Below, piece after piece: positions 1 to 12,411 of a DNA stretch of 64,000 nt. A program made the position numbers and the translations under genes. The notes under the pieces are model-generated. The model saw nothing but the letters and a program-made list of their open reading frames with translations. It was not told the DNA's origin and did not search any database. Every line of letters starts with the position of its first letter. Position 1 is the stretch's first letter. Source of the DNA: Lama glama (taxonomy: Eukaryota); contig CM052817.1 of the NCBI GenBank assembly GCA_028534125.1, forward strand, positions 57,662,001-57,726,000. The letters are read 5' to 3'.

Positions 1-300
1 TTGTGCTGTGAGTGAGACTCACTCAGTATGGGCACACGAGCACCATACTGTGATGCAGTGAAATAAACCTCATGCTAGCTAGTGAGAGTGGTCCTATCAC
101 CAGAACACTTTCTGAAATTGGGCTAAGGGGCCCCTGGCTGGCTCCATAGTCAATCTCATACATTGTTGTGGTGGTGGTGGTGGTAGAGTTGTACAATGCC
201 CTGAAGAAGAAAAATGGGGATGAGTGACCACAAGGATCTTGGTCTGCATCAGCACCCTGATGGTACTGCTGGCCCTGGTTCATCCCAGGCACTGGAGAGA
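1..300 (-). pseudogene. Possible CpG-decayed retrocopy fragment of an unidentified gene, running off the left edge
   Basis: About half G+C, rich in TG/CA with a (GGT)n run resembling decayed (GGC)n. It abuts AT-rich L1 ORF2 sequence sharply at ~300. An 89-codon minus-strand frame is open, but I do not recognise a parent gene. Confidence 0.3.
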
Positions 301-304
301 GATT

Positions 305-3300
305 TTTTTCGGGCTGGGGAAGTTCTCTTTTATTCCTAATTTTTTGTTTATTTTTATTTTGAAGGGATGTTGAATTTTGTCAGATCTATTTTTCCCTGCT
401 TATTGAGATGACCACGTGTTTTTTTTCTTTATTCTATTGGTTTGGTATATTACATTAATTGATTTTTGGGTGTTAAACCAACCTTGGATAAATTCCACTG
501 GCTCGTGGTTATGTAATCCTTTTTAGATGTTGCTGGGTTTAGTTTGCTAGTATTTAGTTGAGGATTTTTATGTCTAAATTCGTGAGAGGTAGTGGTCCAT
601 AGTTTTCTTGTGATGCCTTTGATGTTGGTATCAGGGTAATACTGGCATCATGGAATGAGGAAAGTGTTGCCTCTTCTAATGTTTGAAAAAGTTTGCAAAG
701 AATTCTTTAAATATTTGGTAGAATTTATCAGTGAAATCATCTGGATCTGAGCTTATTTGGGGGGAAATTTTATTACTAATTCAATCTTTTAACTCATTAT
801 AGATCTTATACTTTAAAAAAATTTCTCTTGAGTCATTTTTGGTAGTCTGACTTTCTAAGAATATAGATTAAAGTAACCTTTAATCAGAAGGAAGACTTTA
901 CAGAAGGAGAACTGTAGTTGGCTCTTCTTTTCCCAGTCTTTTAAGGTGGAATGCTAATACACTGATTTGAGATCTTTCTTCTTTTGTCATGTTGTGAATT
1001 AATTTTTATTCATCTCAAATGAGTTTCTGGTTTCATTTGTGATTTCTACTTTGACTAATTGGTTGTTTGGGAGTATGTTATTTAACTTCCATTTAGTTGT
1101 GAATTTCCCAAATTTCTTTAGAAATTGATTTCTAAATTCATTGCACTGGGATCAGAGAATGAGTTTGTATGTTTTCAATACTTTTAAATTTATTGAGGCA
1201 TATTTTATGGCCTAATATATGGTCTATCCTAGAGAATATTCAATGTGCATTTGAAAAGAATGGTATTCTGCTGTTATAGGGTGGAGTGATTTATAGATGT
1301 CTGTTAGGCTTCATTGGTTTATAGCGTTGTTCAAGTCTTCTGTTTTTTTTTAAATTGACTTTTTGCTTAGTTGTATCCATTATTAAAAGTCTCCAACTAT
1401 TATAGTTGAATTGTCTACATTTTTAATTCTGTCAGCTTTTGCTTCATGTATTTTGGGGCTCTGTTCATATGTTTTTTTCAATTGCTACGTCTTTCTAATG
1501 GTTTGAGTCCTTTATCAATACAAAATGTCTTTATCTGTAGTAACATTTTTAAATTTTAAATTCTATTTTAGATTTTAAAATCTATTAGTATATATCTTCC
1601 AGTTTGATTTGATTGTTGGTTGAATCTTTTCCCATCCTTTCACTTTCAGCCTCTTTGTATCTTTGAATTACAAGTGTTTTTTGTAGACGGGATACAGTTG
1701 GATCTTGCTTTTCTATACAGCCTGGTGATCTCAGCCTTTTGATTGGATTGTCTGATGCCTTCATACTTAGTGTTATTGTTGATATAGTTGAATTTATGTC
1801 TGTTATTTGACTTTTTGTTTTCTATATGTCAACATTTTTTTGGTTCCATTGTTTCTACTTCACTGTTTTCTTTTGTGTAAAGTGAATACTTTCTAGTGTA
1901 ACATTTTAATTCCTTTAATTGTATTTCAGTATTTTTTGAGTTATTTTCTTAGTGGTTGCTCTAGAGCTTATGATATGTACCTGATTTGCCAGAATCTACT
2001 TCAAACTTATACCAATTTAATTCCAGTGAGCTATAGATTTTACTCCTTTATAGCTCTATTCCCTCTTGCTTTTTTGTGCTATTATTATTATATATGTTAC
2101 ATTTATGTATGCTACAGATCCAACAACACCTTCTTATAATTGTTACTTTATATAACTTTATATTTTTTTAAAGAAGTTGAGAGAGGAAGTGACAACATGA
2201 ATATATTTATGGAGTTTGTTATGTTAACCTTTTCATTTACTATTTCTGGCTCTCTTCATTTGTTCCTGTGGATTTGAGTTACCATCTGGTTCCATTTCCT
2301 CACTTCAGTATAGCTTTGTTCCTACACAATCTTTGTGATGTTATTGTCAAATATATTGTATTTCAAAAATGTTATAATTTCATGACACAATTATATACGT
2401 ATTGTTTTATACAATTGCTTTTGAAATCAGCCAATGGAAGAAAGGAGAAGAAATATGCAACTATACTCAACTATACCATATTTTATAATTACATTGTTAC
2501 CTTATTGGCATTCTATTTTTTTTATAAGTAGATATGAATTACTCTCTGGTTCTACTTGCTTTCAGTCTGAACAAATTCCTTAAGAACTTCTTGTAGGGTG
2601 AGTCCACTAGCAACAAGTTCTTTTAGTTTTTGTTTACATGGGAATGACTTTATTTTGCCTTCATTTTGAATGTTAGTTTTGCTAGATACAGATACTTGGT
2701 GGATAAATTTTTTTTTCCTTTGAGCCCTTGGAATGTGTTATCCCACTGCTTCTTGTCCTTCATTGTTTCACAAGTGAAGTCAGCTTTTAGTTTATTAGGA
2801 CTCCCTTGTATGTGGTGAGTCTGCTTCTCTTACTGCTTCCAGAAGTCCTCTTTCTCTTTGTTTTCAGTATTACCACTATGGTATGTCTGGATGTCAATCT
2901 CTTGCATTTCGGTTATTGAGCTACTTGGATGTGTAGGTAATGTTTTTCATCAAACTTGGTAATTTTCAGCCATTATTTATTCTTTTTTTTTTTAGCTCTT
3001 ATCTTTTCTCCTCTATGATACTCTCATTGCACAAATGTTGGTGAATTTGATATTGGTGAATTTAATATTGTCCTCTAATTCTGTGAGACAATTATTTTTT
3101 CATTCATTTTCCTCTATTCTTAAGATGATTCTTCAAGTTTGCCGATTGCTTCCTCTGCCAGCTCAAATCTGCTACTAGGCAACTCTTAGACATTTTTCAT
3201 TTTGGTTATGTACTTTTCATTTAATATGTATATGTTCATATATATGTGTGTATATACAAATATAATTTCTGTCTCTTTATTAATGTTCTCTATTTAACTG

Positions 3301-4816
3301 AATGTTGTCATCATACCTTTTTTACTTATTAAGCAGGGTTTCCTTTGTTCTTTGAACATATTAATTATAGCTGCTTGAAGTCTTTGTTTGCTAAGTTGGA
3401 TGCTTGGATCTTGTCAAAGGCAGATTCTGTTGCCTGCCTTTTTTCCTACTCAGAGATTATACTGTTTCCTGTTTCTTTGAATGTCTTTTAATTTCTGTTG
3501 TAAACTGGACTTTTTAGATAATGTATCATAACAATTCTGGAAAATGATCCCTCCTTTCTGAGGCTTTTTGCTGTTGTTTGCTTGCTTAATATTTTAGTGA
3601 TTTAGCAGGACTATTTTAGGAAAGTTTATTTCTCCCTCATCATTCAGTCTCATTGTTAAGGATGTCACTCCTCAGAGTATGCAGTCTTCGGCATGCTCAC
3701 AGTCATCTAGGGTGATTGTGATTCTAGCAAGGATCCCTTTGTCTCTCTCCTTAATATCTCTGTTAAGCTGTCTATATCTGTTGGTATCACACCCAGCTGT
3801 TAGCTTCCACTAATTTAGTGTTTCTTGCTCTATTTTTTTTGACAATATTCTAGGCATTAATTACTCCACACTCTGATCCAATTAAACTCAGTCTCCTTTG
3901 GAGGAAGTCTTTGTGGTTTGTTCCAAGTCCAGGGTGGTGATGAGGCTCTCCTTAGCTGTCTTTTGTCTTGTTTATCTCTGGTAAACTTCCACTGGTCTAC
4001 AGTTATACTTGTTGCTCTCATGGAATGACCAGGCTCCTCTTAATTGCTTATCACCAAAATCTTCATTATTTCTGATGATGCACTTGGACTTGGACTTCCT
4101 CACACTCTATTGCAAATAAAGTCAATTCCCGTGGAGAGGGTTTCAGAACTCTGTTATATTTTGTCTTTCCCTTGGGCAAATCTCTGCATCACTGTTCTGA
4201 AACCGGAAGCAGGGTCAATGGCTACTTCTCTTAGAGTAGCATGCCTGCTTTATGAGCAGGGTACTAACTAAGGATCTTCTTGGAATCCTACATGTCTCCA
4301 CCCTACATGTTTTCTGGGACAAGGGCAATTAGGACCCCAGTATTCTCATCCTGCTGCATCTATGGTAGAACCTCTGACCTATATGTGGGAGCCATATAGC
4401 AGAAAGGGACACTTGACCACTTGTGTACACTTACTTGCATTTAGCCTCTGTGATACAGAGCTGGAAATAAGAAATGTTGGTAGCCTGGCCCTCTTAGACA
4501 GATACTGTAGCCATGAACTGCAGATTGAGGGAGAGGAATTTCCATCTTGCCACAGTCCTGCGAAGTGGAGCTTCCATTCTACTTTGGTGGGGGGATAGGT
4601 AGTGGGGTCATGGCTTAAATGTCACACTCTGGCCAGTCTTAGCAATATTTAGTAGATGTTCTTAAGTGAATATTTCTTCATTTGTTATGTGCCCATAGGA
4701 TAATTTAAAGAGATTTTAATGGTATTTAAAAAAGTAATTTTCAGTGGTTGTGGTTATTTTGCAGCAAAGAGGGTCTGCAGGGCTGCTCACCTCACCATTC
4801 TGGGTGTTGTCTCCTC
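305..4816 (-). mobile_element. Old LINE-1 (L1MD-like): 5' UTR, ORF1, spacer and first part of ORF2, decayed
   Basis: T-rich antisense ORF2 text (gatgttgaattttgtc..., ggtatcagggtaatactggc), ORF1 remnant at ~2560-3200, and an L1MDa-like 5' terminus at ~4650-4816. Confidence 0.9.
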
Positions 4817-4847
4817 ACATGGTGTCCAACCAGTAATCGAAGTTAAA

Positions 4848-5078
4848 ATGTATTGAACAGTTAGTGTTACCAGAGAGTGGTCTAGGAATTTTATGTATTT
4901 TAACTCATTGAATTTTCACCTCAAATTTATGAAGTAGTTACTATTCTGGCTCCTATTTTATAGATAAAGAATCTGAGGGACACAGAGTCTGAGTAGCTTC
5001 CACAAGCTGGTAAGTAGAGATCAAGATTTGAATCAAAGTATTCTGGCTCCTAAGCCCCAGCTCTCAGCCCTTATGCTG
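4848..5078 (-). mobile_element. MIR SINE
   Basis: Antisense MIR core ctattttatagataaagaatctgagg and B-box-like gatttgaatc. Confidence 0.8.
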
Positions 5079-5586
5079 TTTAACACCATTGTTCAAATAA
5101 TTCAAACCCTCAGTTTTGCTGACACCCTGCACATAATCACACCAGACCCCCTTTATATTATAATCAACTACTTGCTCCCACAGAAAGTCCTTCAAGTGAC
5201 TTTTACCGCTCCTGACATACTCAGAAATTAAAACTTTAAAATATGTACAAATAGTCTTACTTCCTTCATTCCTTCTTATTTTTCTCAGCCCACCAAAAGG
5301 GTCACATGTGTGGTTTCGATTCCTTCTTTAGCATCTGTATCTGGGCCACCTTCCTCTTGAATTGGTAGAATTTCTTAAACACTTCCAATGATGGATACAT
5401 CTAATTTTAAATCTTTCATGTATCTTAAATCTAAGATTCTGCAGGGTTGACAGATTACCACACAACTCAGGAACAAATTTTTCCATGTAGCTTATTTCTT
5501 AAGCACTTCTTCCTTCAGAAAACAGCATTTTCAAAGCTGAAGTGATGTTCCCATGGTCTAAAAACATTTATTAAAAACTCATTAAA

Positions 5587-5638
5587 TGTTATGGACTGAA
5601 TTGTGGCCACCCCCCACAAATTCATCCCCAATGTGACA
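5587..5638 (+). mobile_element. MLT1 (MaLR) LTR 5' fragment
   Basis: tgttatggactgaattgtg...cccacaaattcat...cccaatgtgac matches the MLT1A/B LTR start. Confidence 0.5.
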
Positions 5639-6465
5639 TAGCAATCTGTATTTTTTCTTATATTTCCTTATTCTCATCCCCTGCTTCAAACAACTGTCCG
5701 ACTCTATGCTGCTTTGGCTGATGGGAGATTTATGGCATGGTAGAAAACAGAACTTGCATGCAAAAATGTAGGACATATCATATGTTGGATTTGTTTTTTT
5801 CTTTCTCTTTTTTGAGTATAAGCCCTCATGGATATTGTGAAAGGTCTTCTCTGAAGGTGTGGAGAGAGGGACATCACAAAGAGAATCTTGGAGGAAAAAG
5901 AATCTTCCTCAGGAAAAGAATAATTTTCTGAGACTGGGAGATGATGAAATCTCTGGGCTTCTTGAATGGCAGACATGCACGCCTTGCTCCTTTTCAGGAC
6001 CCCCACGTAGGTGGTAGAGAGAGGAATGGCTGTATGGTTCCCAAAGATTCATTTGCTCTACTCAGGGATAAGAGCAGTAGACCTGCAGAATTTGGGAGAC
6101 AATGGTACAATGGGCATTTCCGTAGTAACTAATACAGATGCTTTACAATTGGATGGGTCTCTGGAATGCCTCACTAATGATCAAACCATGAGAGTCCTTA
6201 GGCCAAAATGACTGAGGTTAAATTTCAGTCTGGCCAAGTGAGGGTTCAAATTTGAAAACAGATTGGTTTATTTTAAATAAGCGTATTTGACTCTTTCTTA
6301 TTGAGATTATAAGAGACTTCTCTGTACTCTATGGAGCGTTACTCATGCATGTAGCTGTCCCTATAGTTTGGTATTCCTAAATAATCCAGATTCAGACTTA
6401 GTAAGGACCGTCAACTCTCATCAGTATGAAGCTATCTTAATTCCCAAGAGCTACTGTCAAATTCC

Positions 6466-6498
6466 TTGCAGTTCCAGACATCGCCACTAGAGGCCTCC
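6466..6498 (+). promoter_or_regulatory. Candidate CTCF site with upstream motif
   Basis: TTGCAGTTCC-N8-CCACTAGAGGCCTC: both the core and the ZF9-11 upstream module are present at the expected spacing. Confidence 0.55.
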
Positions 6499-6914
6499 CT
6501 AAAGAAGAAGCTTTACTCGTGGGGGTTCTTGGACTCATAAGACCCTGATCAGGAACGTATACACACTTTGGTCACATGAGGTAGAATAGTGGTGTCAATT
6601 GAGACTTAGGAAGAGTAAAAGATGAAAAAGAAATAAAAAGGGGAGGGAGAGGATGAAGAAAATGAGAGGATGTGTACAAGAACCTACATGTGAACTTTGA
6701 GTTTTAAACCCAGCTCATCACAGACTATTTTAGCCCCATGATACCCAGGCCCTCTTAGTGTATTTGCCTTTGTTCCTGGTGCATCTTTGGGAAGAGCTGG
6801 GAGGAATTCTGAACACCCTCTGGGGTGGTAATACCAAAAAGTGCTTGACCCTCTCCTTTAGTAGTCCTGAGTGTACGCAGCCTGAAATCAGGCATGGCAT
6901 TTTATTCAGAGACG

Positions 6915-6978
6915 CATTTGCAGCACCTAACACATTTCTAGGCAGATAGTAAGTATCAAAAATGTGGAGTGAATGGAG
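6915..6978 (+). mobile_element. L2 3' tail fragment
   Basis: cagcacctaacacatttctaggcagatagtaagtatcaaaaatgtggagtgaatg resembles the L2 3' terminus. Confidence 0.5.
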
Positions 6979-7134
6979 GAGCCATTTCTTCAACTGGTGT
7001 CACAACAAGGGGACCAGATTAAGAAGCTGAATAATTTAAATGAGAGGTAGTAAGAAGTAACCCACGGTAGTTTTCTAAGGCACCAGGGAAACTACTTCAG
7101 TCTTAAGCCTTTTCTCCACATTTTCTTATAGACT

Positions 7135-7300
7135 TAGGTGGAGAGTGTGGGTCTCCTGGGTTCAAGCCCTGGTCTTGCCATGTATGAATTTTGTGACTCT
7201 GTGCTCTTTGGACTTGAATTTCTTCTGTAGTAAAGTATTAGTGATAACATTGTTTAAAAAAGCAGATAAAATAGTGCCTATCGAAATACATTAGAAACTA
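7135..7300 (+). mobile_element. MIR SINE (degenerate)
   Basis: cctgggttcaagccctggtcttgcc...tgtgact B-box and core remnant. Confidence 0.5.
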
Positions 7301-8879
7301 AAAAATATATAGGGCTAAGAGGACATTATCACAAATATCAGTGCTTCTTTCTCTACTGATGAACTAAAAGACCTAGTAAAACAAATATTTTTAGGAGAAT
7401 CTAAATATTTGTACTGTGCTTACACACACACCACCACCACCACCATCCCTTTTCCTCCATACGCCCATCACTCACATCAGTCACCCCATCACTCACAATC
7501 GCAAACACGTACCCCACCCCACCTCTCTTCCCCAACAACACACACACATCACGCTCTGAAAACATTAAATTTCTTTCCATATGGCTGGCAACATCTGGTG
7601 ATTAGGAGTTACATAAAATTAATGAGGCCTTCCATTTTTAGTAGTCATGTAGTCATCCCTTGGAAGCCATAGTTTTTTTTTCCAGAAGATGTCTGTTTTC
7701 CAGTTCCTTTAAGCTCCAGGTTTCCCTGGCTGACCTGGCTTTGAAGTCTGCTCCCTTGCTGATAGAAAGTATTTGGCTTCCCATAAAGAGCTAACCTTTC
7801 CTGTGCATCTCATTTAAGGCTCCCATCCACCCCTGCTGTGCTTGCTGGAAATCAGAGGACATTCTGCTTTGATTTCTTTATTTCTTTTTTGTCTATAATA
7901 TCAAGTATTCTACTTGTGTGAGTATGTACTGTGTGTCACAAGCTTGTTCTATAGTGGATGCTAATGACTTTCTTAGCCATGGGCATTTTATTGTAGTAGC
8001 TTCATGTTTAAATTGAGAAATCATTTATACTTCACCATGCCCTGGCAACATCCATTGCTACTAAGATAGAAATAGTGTGGAATTGGACACTTTCTTGTGA
8101 CATATTGCTAAATAAATTATAAACATTATCCTAGCAGATCTGACAGTGGTCCATCAGTGACAACATAAACGACCATTTGCAATATCAGGTGGCTTACGGT
8201 TCAGCATGAATATTTATTATAATTTAATATGAATACTTAACTACTATAAAAGGTTGTATATGTCATTACCAGTAAAATTAAAGCGGCTTTAGTGATTTTA
8301 ACATTTAAAAGTCATAGAGTTTAATAGCCTCACTAGGATCTTCATATTCTAAGTGATTAATTTTAAAGTTCCATAGGTTTCAAGAGGTGACTAGCAAACT
8401 CATTTCAATTGCATCAAACTACAAAGAAAATGAATCCTTCAACACCAGCTAGCTACTTATCAAAACAGATAGGAAGGTTTTCATGCTGACTGTTTCAAAT
8501 GAAATGAATGCACAGTAAAAATTCTTCCTCTTAATACAGTAGTCAAAAATATGCTAATTATTTTTCTTTTTTTAAAAAAAAATTCTCCCTTCTCTGTTAA
8601 ACCACAAGTGTCATTTAACAATTACTAGCATCCAAGAAGATATCTTAACATTCTCTGACTCGTTTGCCCTGTTTCCTAGCTGAGGAAAGCCTCTTGCCCG
8701 TGGTGATGCCCGCTGGGTGGGGGCAGTGTAAAATCTGACTTTCTGGCCTCCTTTCACCCACCACTCCGCACTTCCATTGTATCGGAAGAGGGGATAGATT
8801 TGGCAGTGTTACAAATCTCTTAGATCTTGGAATTTGACCGATTTTTAAGTGATTTGTATGTGTTCGTTGGTGACTCAAT

Positions 8880-9125
8880 ATAATAAAAATAATAACTACA
8901 ATGTATAAAACACTTTATAAAGGACTTTTCATGTTCAATACAGTCCTAGACCCTTATAACCAGTCTGTAAAGCAGGTATCAAAACTCTCATTTTCTGGGT
9001 GAGGAAATTGAAGCTCAGAGCAGTTTAATACATTATTTGCAGTCAGAGAGCAAGTAAATAGCAGTGCTGTGACTCAGTCACAGCAGCACCACTGGTGACG
9101 TAGGTGATATTCTTCCTACTGCCCC
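8880..9125 (-). mobile_element. MIR SINE
   Basis: ctcattttctgggtgaggaaattgaagctcagag is the antisense MIR core. Confidence 0.75.
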
Positions 9126-9715
9126 ATTTTTACCTTGCAATCTGGGGTCACTGAAGTTTTTAGTGTTTGTAATTACCTTGGGAGACCTAGGTAGTTATGC
9201 TGACAAGAGTCCCTGTGTCCGTGTGAAAAACGTGAAAACTAGCCTGAGCCTTTGCCTTATGTTCTGAATCCCTGAGTTAGGGCTGCTGTTCAGGGGTCGT
9301 AGGAAGTCAAAGCACCTACGGAAGGGTGAGCGTTTGTTTATCCTGGCTTGGAGGAGAGTGCACTTTGAATGAAGCTGCAGAAAAGACCTAAAGGAACTGC
9401 AAAGATATGATGCTCTGTCATTGTCCCAATTTGATTTCTGAAATGGTAAAGACTGAACACACTAGTTAAAAGAGCTGTAAATTACAAATGGCAACTGAGC
9501 CTTTTAGAAATAACACTGTTAGGCAAAGAAAGGTCTAGAGAGACAGGGTGAGTATTAAGATTTCCATCTTGTGGCAAAGATAGGGGTAGAAAAGTAAATG
9601 CTCAGACCTTCAAAGTGAAACAGTGATTCTGCATCTACATTATTGTCCACTGGGTTTGAACGCTAGATGTTCTGGATTAGGTTATGAGCCAAGAAGGAGA
9701 TAGCTTGGGAGATGG

Positions 9716-10230
9716 TGTATTCATAATCTACTGCAAGTTACTACAAAATTTAGAGGCTTAAAATAACAATGTTTATTATTTCAAAGTTTCTGTGGGTCAA
9801 GAATTCTGGTGCAGCTTAGCTGAGTGGTTCTGGTTCAGGGTCTCTAATGAGACTGTAGCCAAGGTGTTGGCGGAGCTGCTGTCATCTAGGTGCTGACAGG
9901 GGAAGGAGAATCTCGCAAGATGGCTCACTCACATGGCTGTTGGCTGGAGGCCTCAGTTCCTTGCCATATGGGGCTTTCAAAGGTCTGCCTCAGTGTTTTC
10001 ATGACACGCAGCTGGCTTCCCCCAGAATGAGTAATCTAAGAGAGGGCCAGGCAAAAGGTGCAATGCCTTTTATGACCTAATCTGGGAAATCAGACACCGT
10101 CACTCCTACCACATTCTATTTGTTAGAAGTCAGTCACTAAGTCTGCCCCACACTCACGGGGAGAGGAATTTGGCTCCTTTTGAAAGAAGGACTGAAAAAG
10201 GATTTGTGGACATATTTGAAAACCATCACA
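9716..10230 (-). mobile_element. MaLR solo LTR (MLT1F-like) with 5-bp TSD
   Basis: TG...CA ends, perfect GATGG duplication at 9711-9715 and 10231-10235, and MLT1F-type text (caagatggctcactcacatggctgttggctggagg). Confidence 0.9.
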
Positions 10231-10241
10231 GATGGGTTAGA

Positions 10242-10244
<3 letters not shown>

Positions 10245-10275
<31 letters not shown>
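10245..10275. repeat. (GT)n microsatellite
   Basis: About 15 GT units, read directly. Confidence 0.98.
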
Positions 10276-10277
<2 letters not shown>

Positions 10278-10304
10278 TGATTTAATGCTTAGAATTAGTA
10301 AAAG

Positions 10305-10460
10305 GGATCTGAGACAGCACCATATACCAAACTCTCATTTGACAGAAAAGAAAACAGATTGAGTCTCAGTGGTTTCACCAAAACTCATGATTGTTATGGT
10401 AGACACAAGGCAAGACCCCTATTTGTCTGGATCCCAAACTCCTGCTTTTTTCATTTCCAA
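10305..10460 (-). mobile_element. MIR/MIR3 SINE (degenerate)
   Basis: ccaaactctcatttgacagaaaagaaaacaga antisense core remnant. Confidence 0.5.
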
Positions 10461-10704
10461 ATATATGAGCTTAAAAAAATTTTTTAATCTATTCTTCCTA
10501 TGTGTTTGGAATAGAGTAAAAGTTTGCTAAGTTAGTTTTAAGAAGACCTAGGAAACTTAATGACAAATCTCCATGATCAGACAGCAAGCCTGATGCAGCC
10601 AGAACGAGGAGCAACAATACATCCTTTTTACCCTGTTTCACAAACAGAAGCGGCATCCGAGGAAGCTGACCACACAACACGTCGTGCTAAGACAGCAACC
10701 CCAA

Positions 10705-10945
10705 ATCTTGCCTCCTCTCTTGAAGCATTTCCTGATTTCACTTCCCCAAGAAGTAAAACCAACGGTCCTTTCCTCTGTGTTCTTACCGTACATTCTTTTG
10801 TTTCAGGAGCCCTAAAACTTCATATCACCTCTCTCTGTCTCCTTCTTCCACCTTCTAGAACCTGGGCTGTATCCACTCATTCTGTATTCCCAGCACCTCG
10901 CACAAAATGATTGGTTCATAGCAGGCACAATGTTGACATAGAATA
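10705..10945 (+). mobile_element. L2 3' region
   Basis: tgaagcatttcctga ... cattctgtattcccagcacctcgcaca...catagcaggcac. Confidence 0.55.
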
Positions 10946-11106
10946 ACAATGATAACATTGTTTTATGAAATTACTCAGTGCATTTCTCATTTAAAAACAT
11001 AGTTGACATTAATCTAGCACTTAAAAAGAAGCAAGTTTTATTTGTTTGTTATAGGACTATCTACTGTGTGATCAAAAGTTCCACAACTTCCTAGCCAGAC
11101 TACACA

Positions 11107-11340
11107 TTTTTTAAAAGTATTTATAATTGACATAGAATGGGTAGCTTAATGTATACAATATAATGATCTGATAACGTTTATATTGCAATATGATTGCCAT
11201 TGTAACATTATCCAACACTCTGTTGTGTCACAATTATCATAATTATTTTTTCCTAGTGGCCGGAAAAGTTAAGATCTATCTCTTAGCAAGTTTAGTGTAT
11301 ATAATACAGTTTTGTTGTCTATCAGACTATATACATGTAT
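11107..11340 (-). mobile_element. L1MA-type 3' end fragment
   Basis: ttaagatctatctcttagcaagttt...tataatacagt, typical antisense L1MA 3' UTR, after a T-run. Confidence 0.75.
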
Positions 11341-11554
11341 TTTTTTGAAGTATTTGGGACAAATTCTCATATAGAAGTCAAATGATAGTTTTTCGTTGTT
11401 GTTGTTGTTAATTGGCTTCTTTGTTTGTGGCATCTCTGATCCAGTTGAAAGTGACATAGATGGCAGGTACATGACAACATCTTCTGAAGTTCTCTTGTAT
11501 AATTGTGAAACACAAAGCTTGTGTTACAGAAGAATATGGCATTACTCTTGACCA

Positions 11555-11569
11555 CCACTAGGTGTCCTC
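11555..11569 (+). promoter_or_regulatory. Candidate CTCF core (TGTC variant)
   Basis: CCACTAGGTGTCCTC, with a partial upstream module TGGCATTACT 8 nt before the core. Confidence 0.35.
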
Positions 11570-12386
11570 TGTCAATTATTCTAGGCTATTTACAGTACAT
11601 TTTTGCTTGACTTGTATCCTTTTAAAAATTTCTGTAAGATTTCACAAGCCAGATATATTTTAATTATCTTTCTTAATAATCATCCTTAGAAAAGGATGAT
11701 GAAGGCACAGTTGAAACTTGTGAGCCAGTCTGAATTTAGTGAAAAGTTATATTAAGATGGTGAGAAATGTTAAAAACTCTGAAGTTTTGTGAATTATTAA
11801 AACTTCTTTTTAGTGACATAGCTTTTCTAGAAATCTCCCCAAATTACTTTTGCTTTCTTCCCCTATAGTCAGTCTCTTTCCTCTTTGTATTTATATATGT
11901 CTTTATATATAGAGATGGAGGGGGAAAAGTTCATTTCCATTTAAACTGAACTGTATCTATTTCATGTTCTTGGCTTTGAAAATTGTCTTTCATGCTATGT
12001 GTTTTTTCCAGAAATAGAAATAATTGGATACTGCTGTAAGTTAAAATAAAAGTACTTCTAAGTATTTTATAAGAGCAAAGGATCATAAATTGTAGTAAGA
12101 GCTGGCCAATCATGGGCAAGTGATGCTCAGTAAGCACCTCAAAGTTAGAAGTTTTCCACATTTTGCTGAGGACAGTTTTAATTTATAGGTTTGGGATAGG
12201 ATGCCCCTCTTTTTTAGAGTCTCACTTAAATATTTATGGTAACTTCATAATCTCATGGACTCTCTTTGGCTTCAATTATTTTATTTATTATTATTCAAGT
12301 AGTTATTTTATGTTATTTGTTCAAATTTCAGCCCTGGAGTGTAATATAAAGATTTTGATTTTTATTAAATCCAGAACTTCTTCAGC

Positions 12387-12411
12387 TTTTTTTTTTTTTT
12401 TTTTTTTTTTT
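12387..12411. repeat. T25 homopolymer
   Basis: Read directly; no adjoining retroelement body recognised. Confidence 0.95.
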
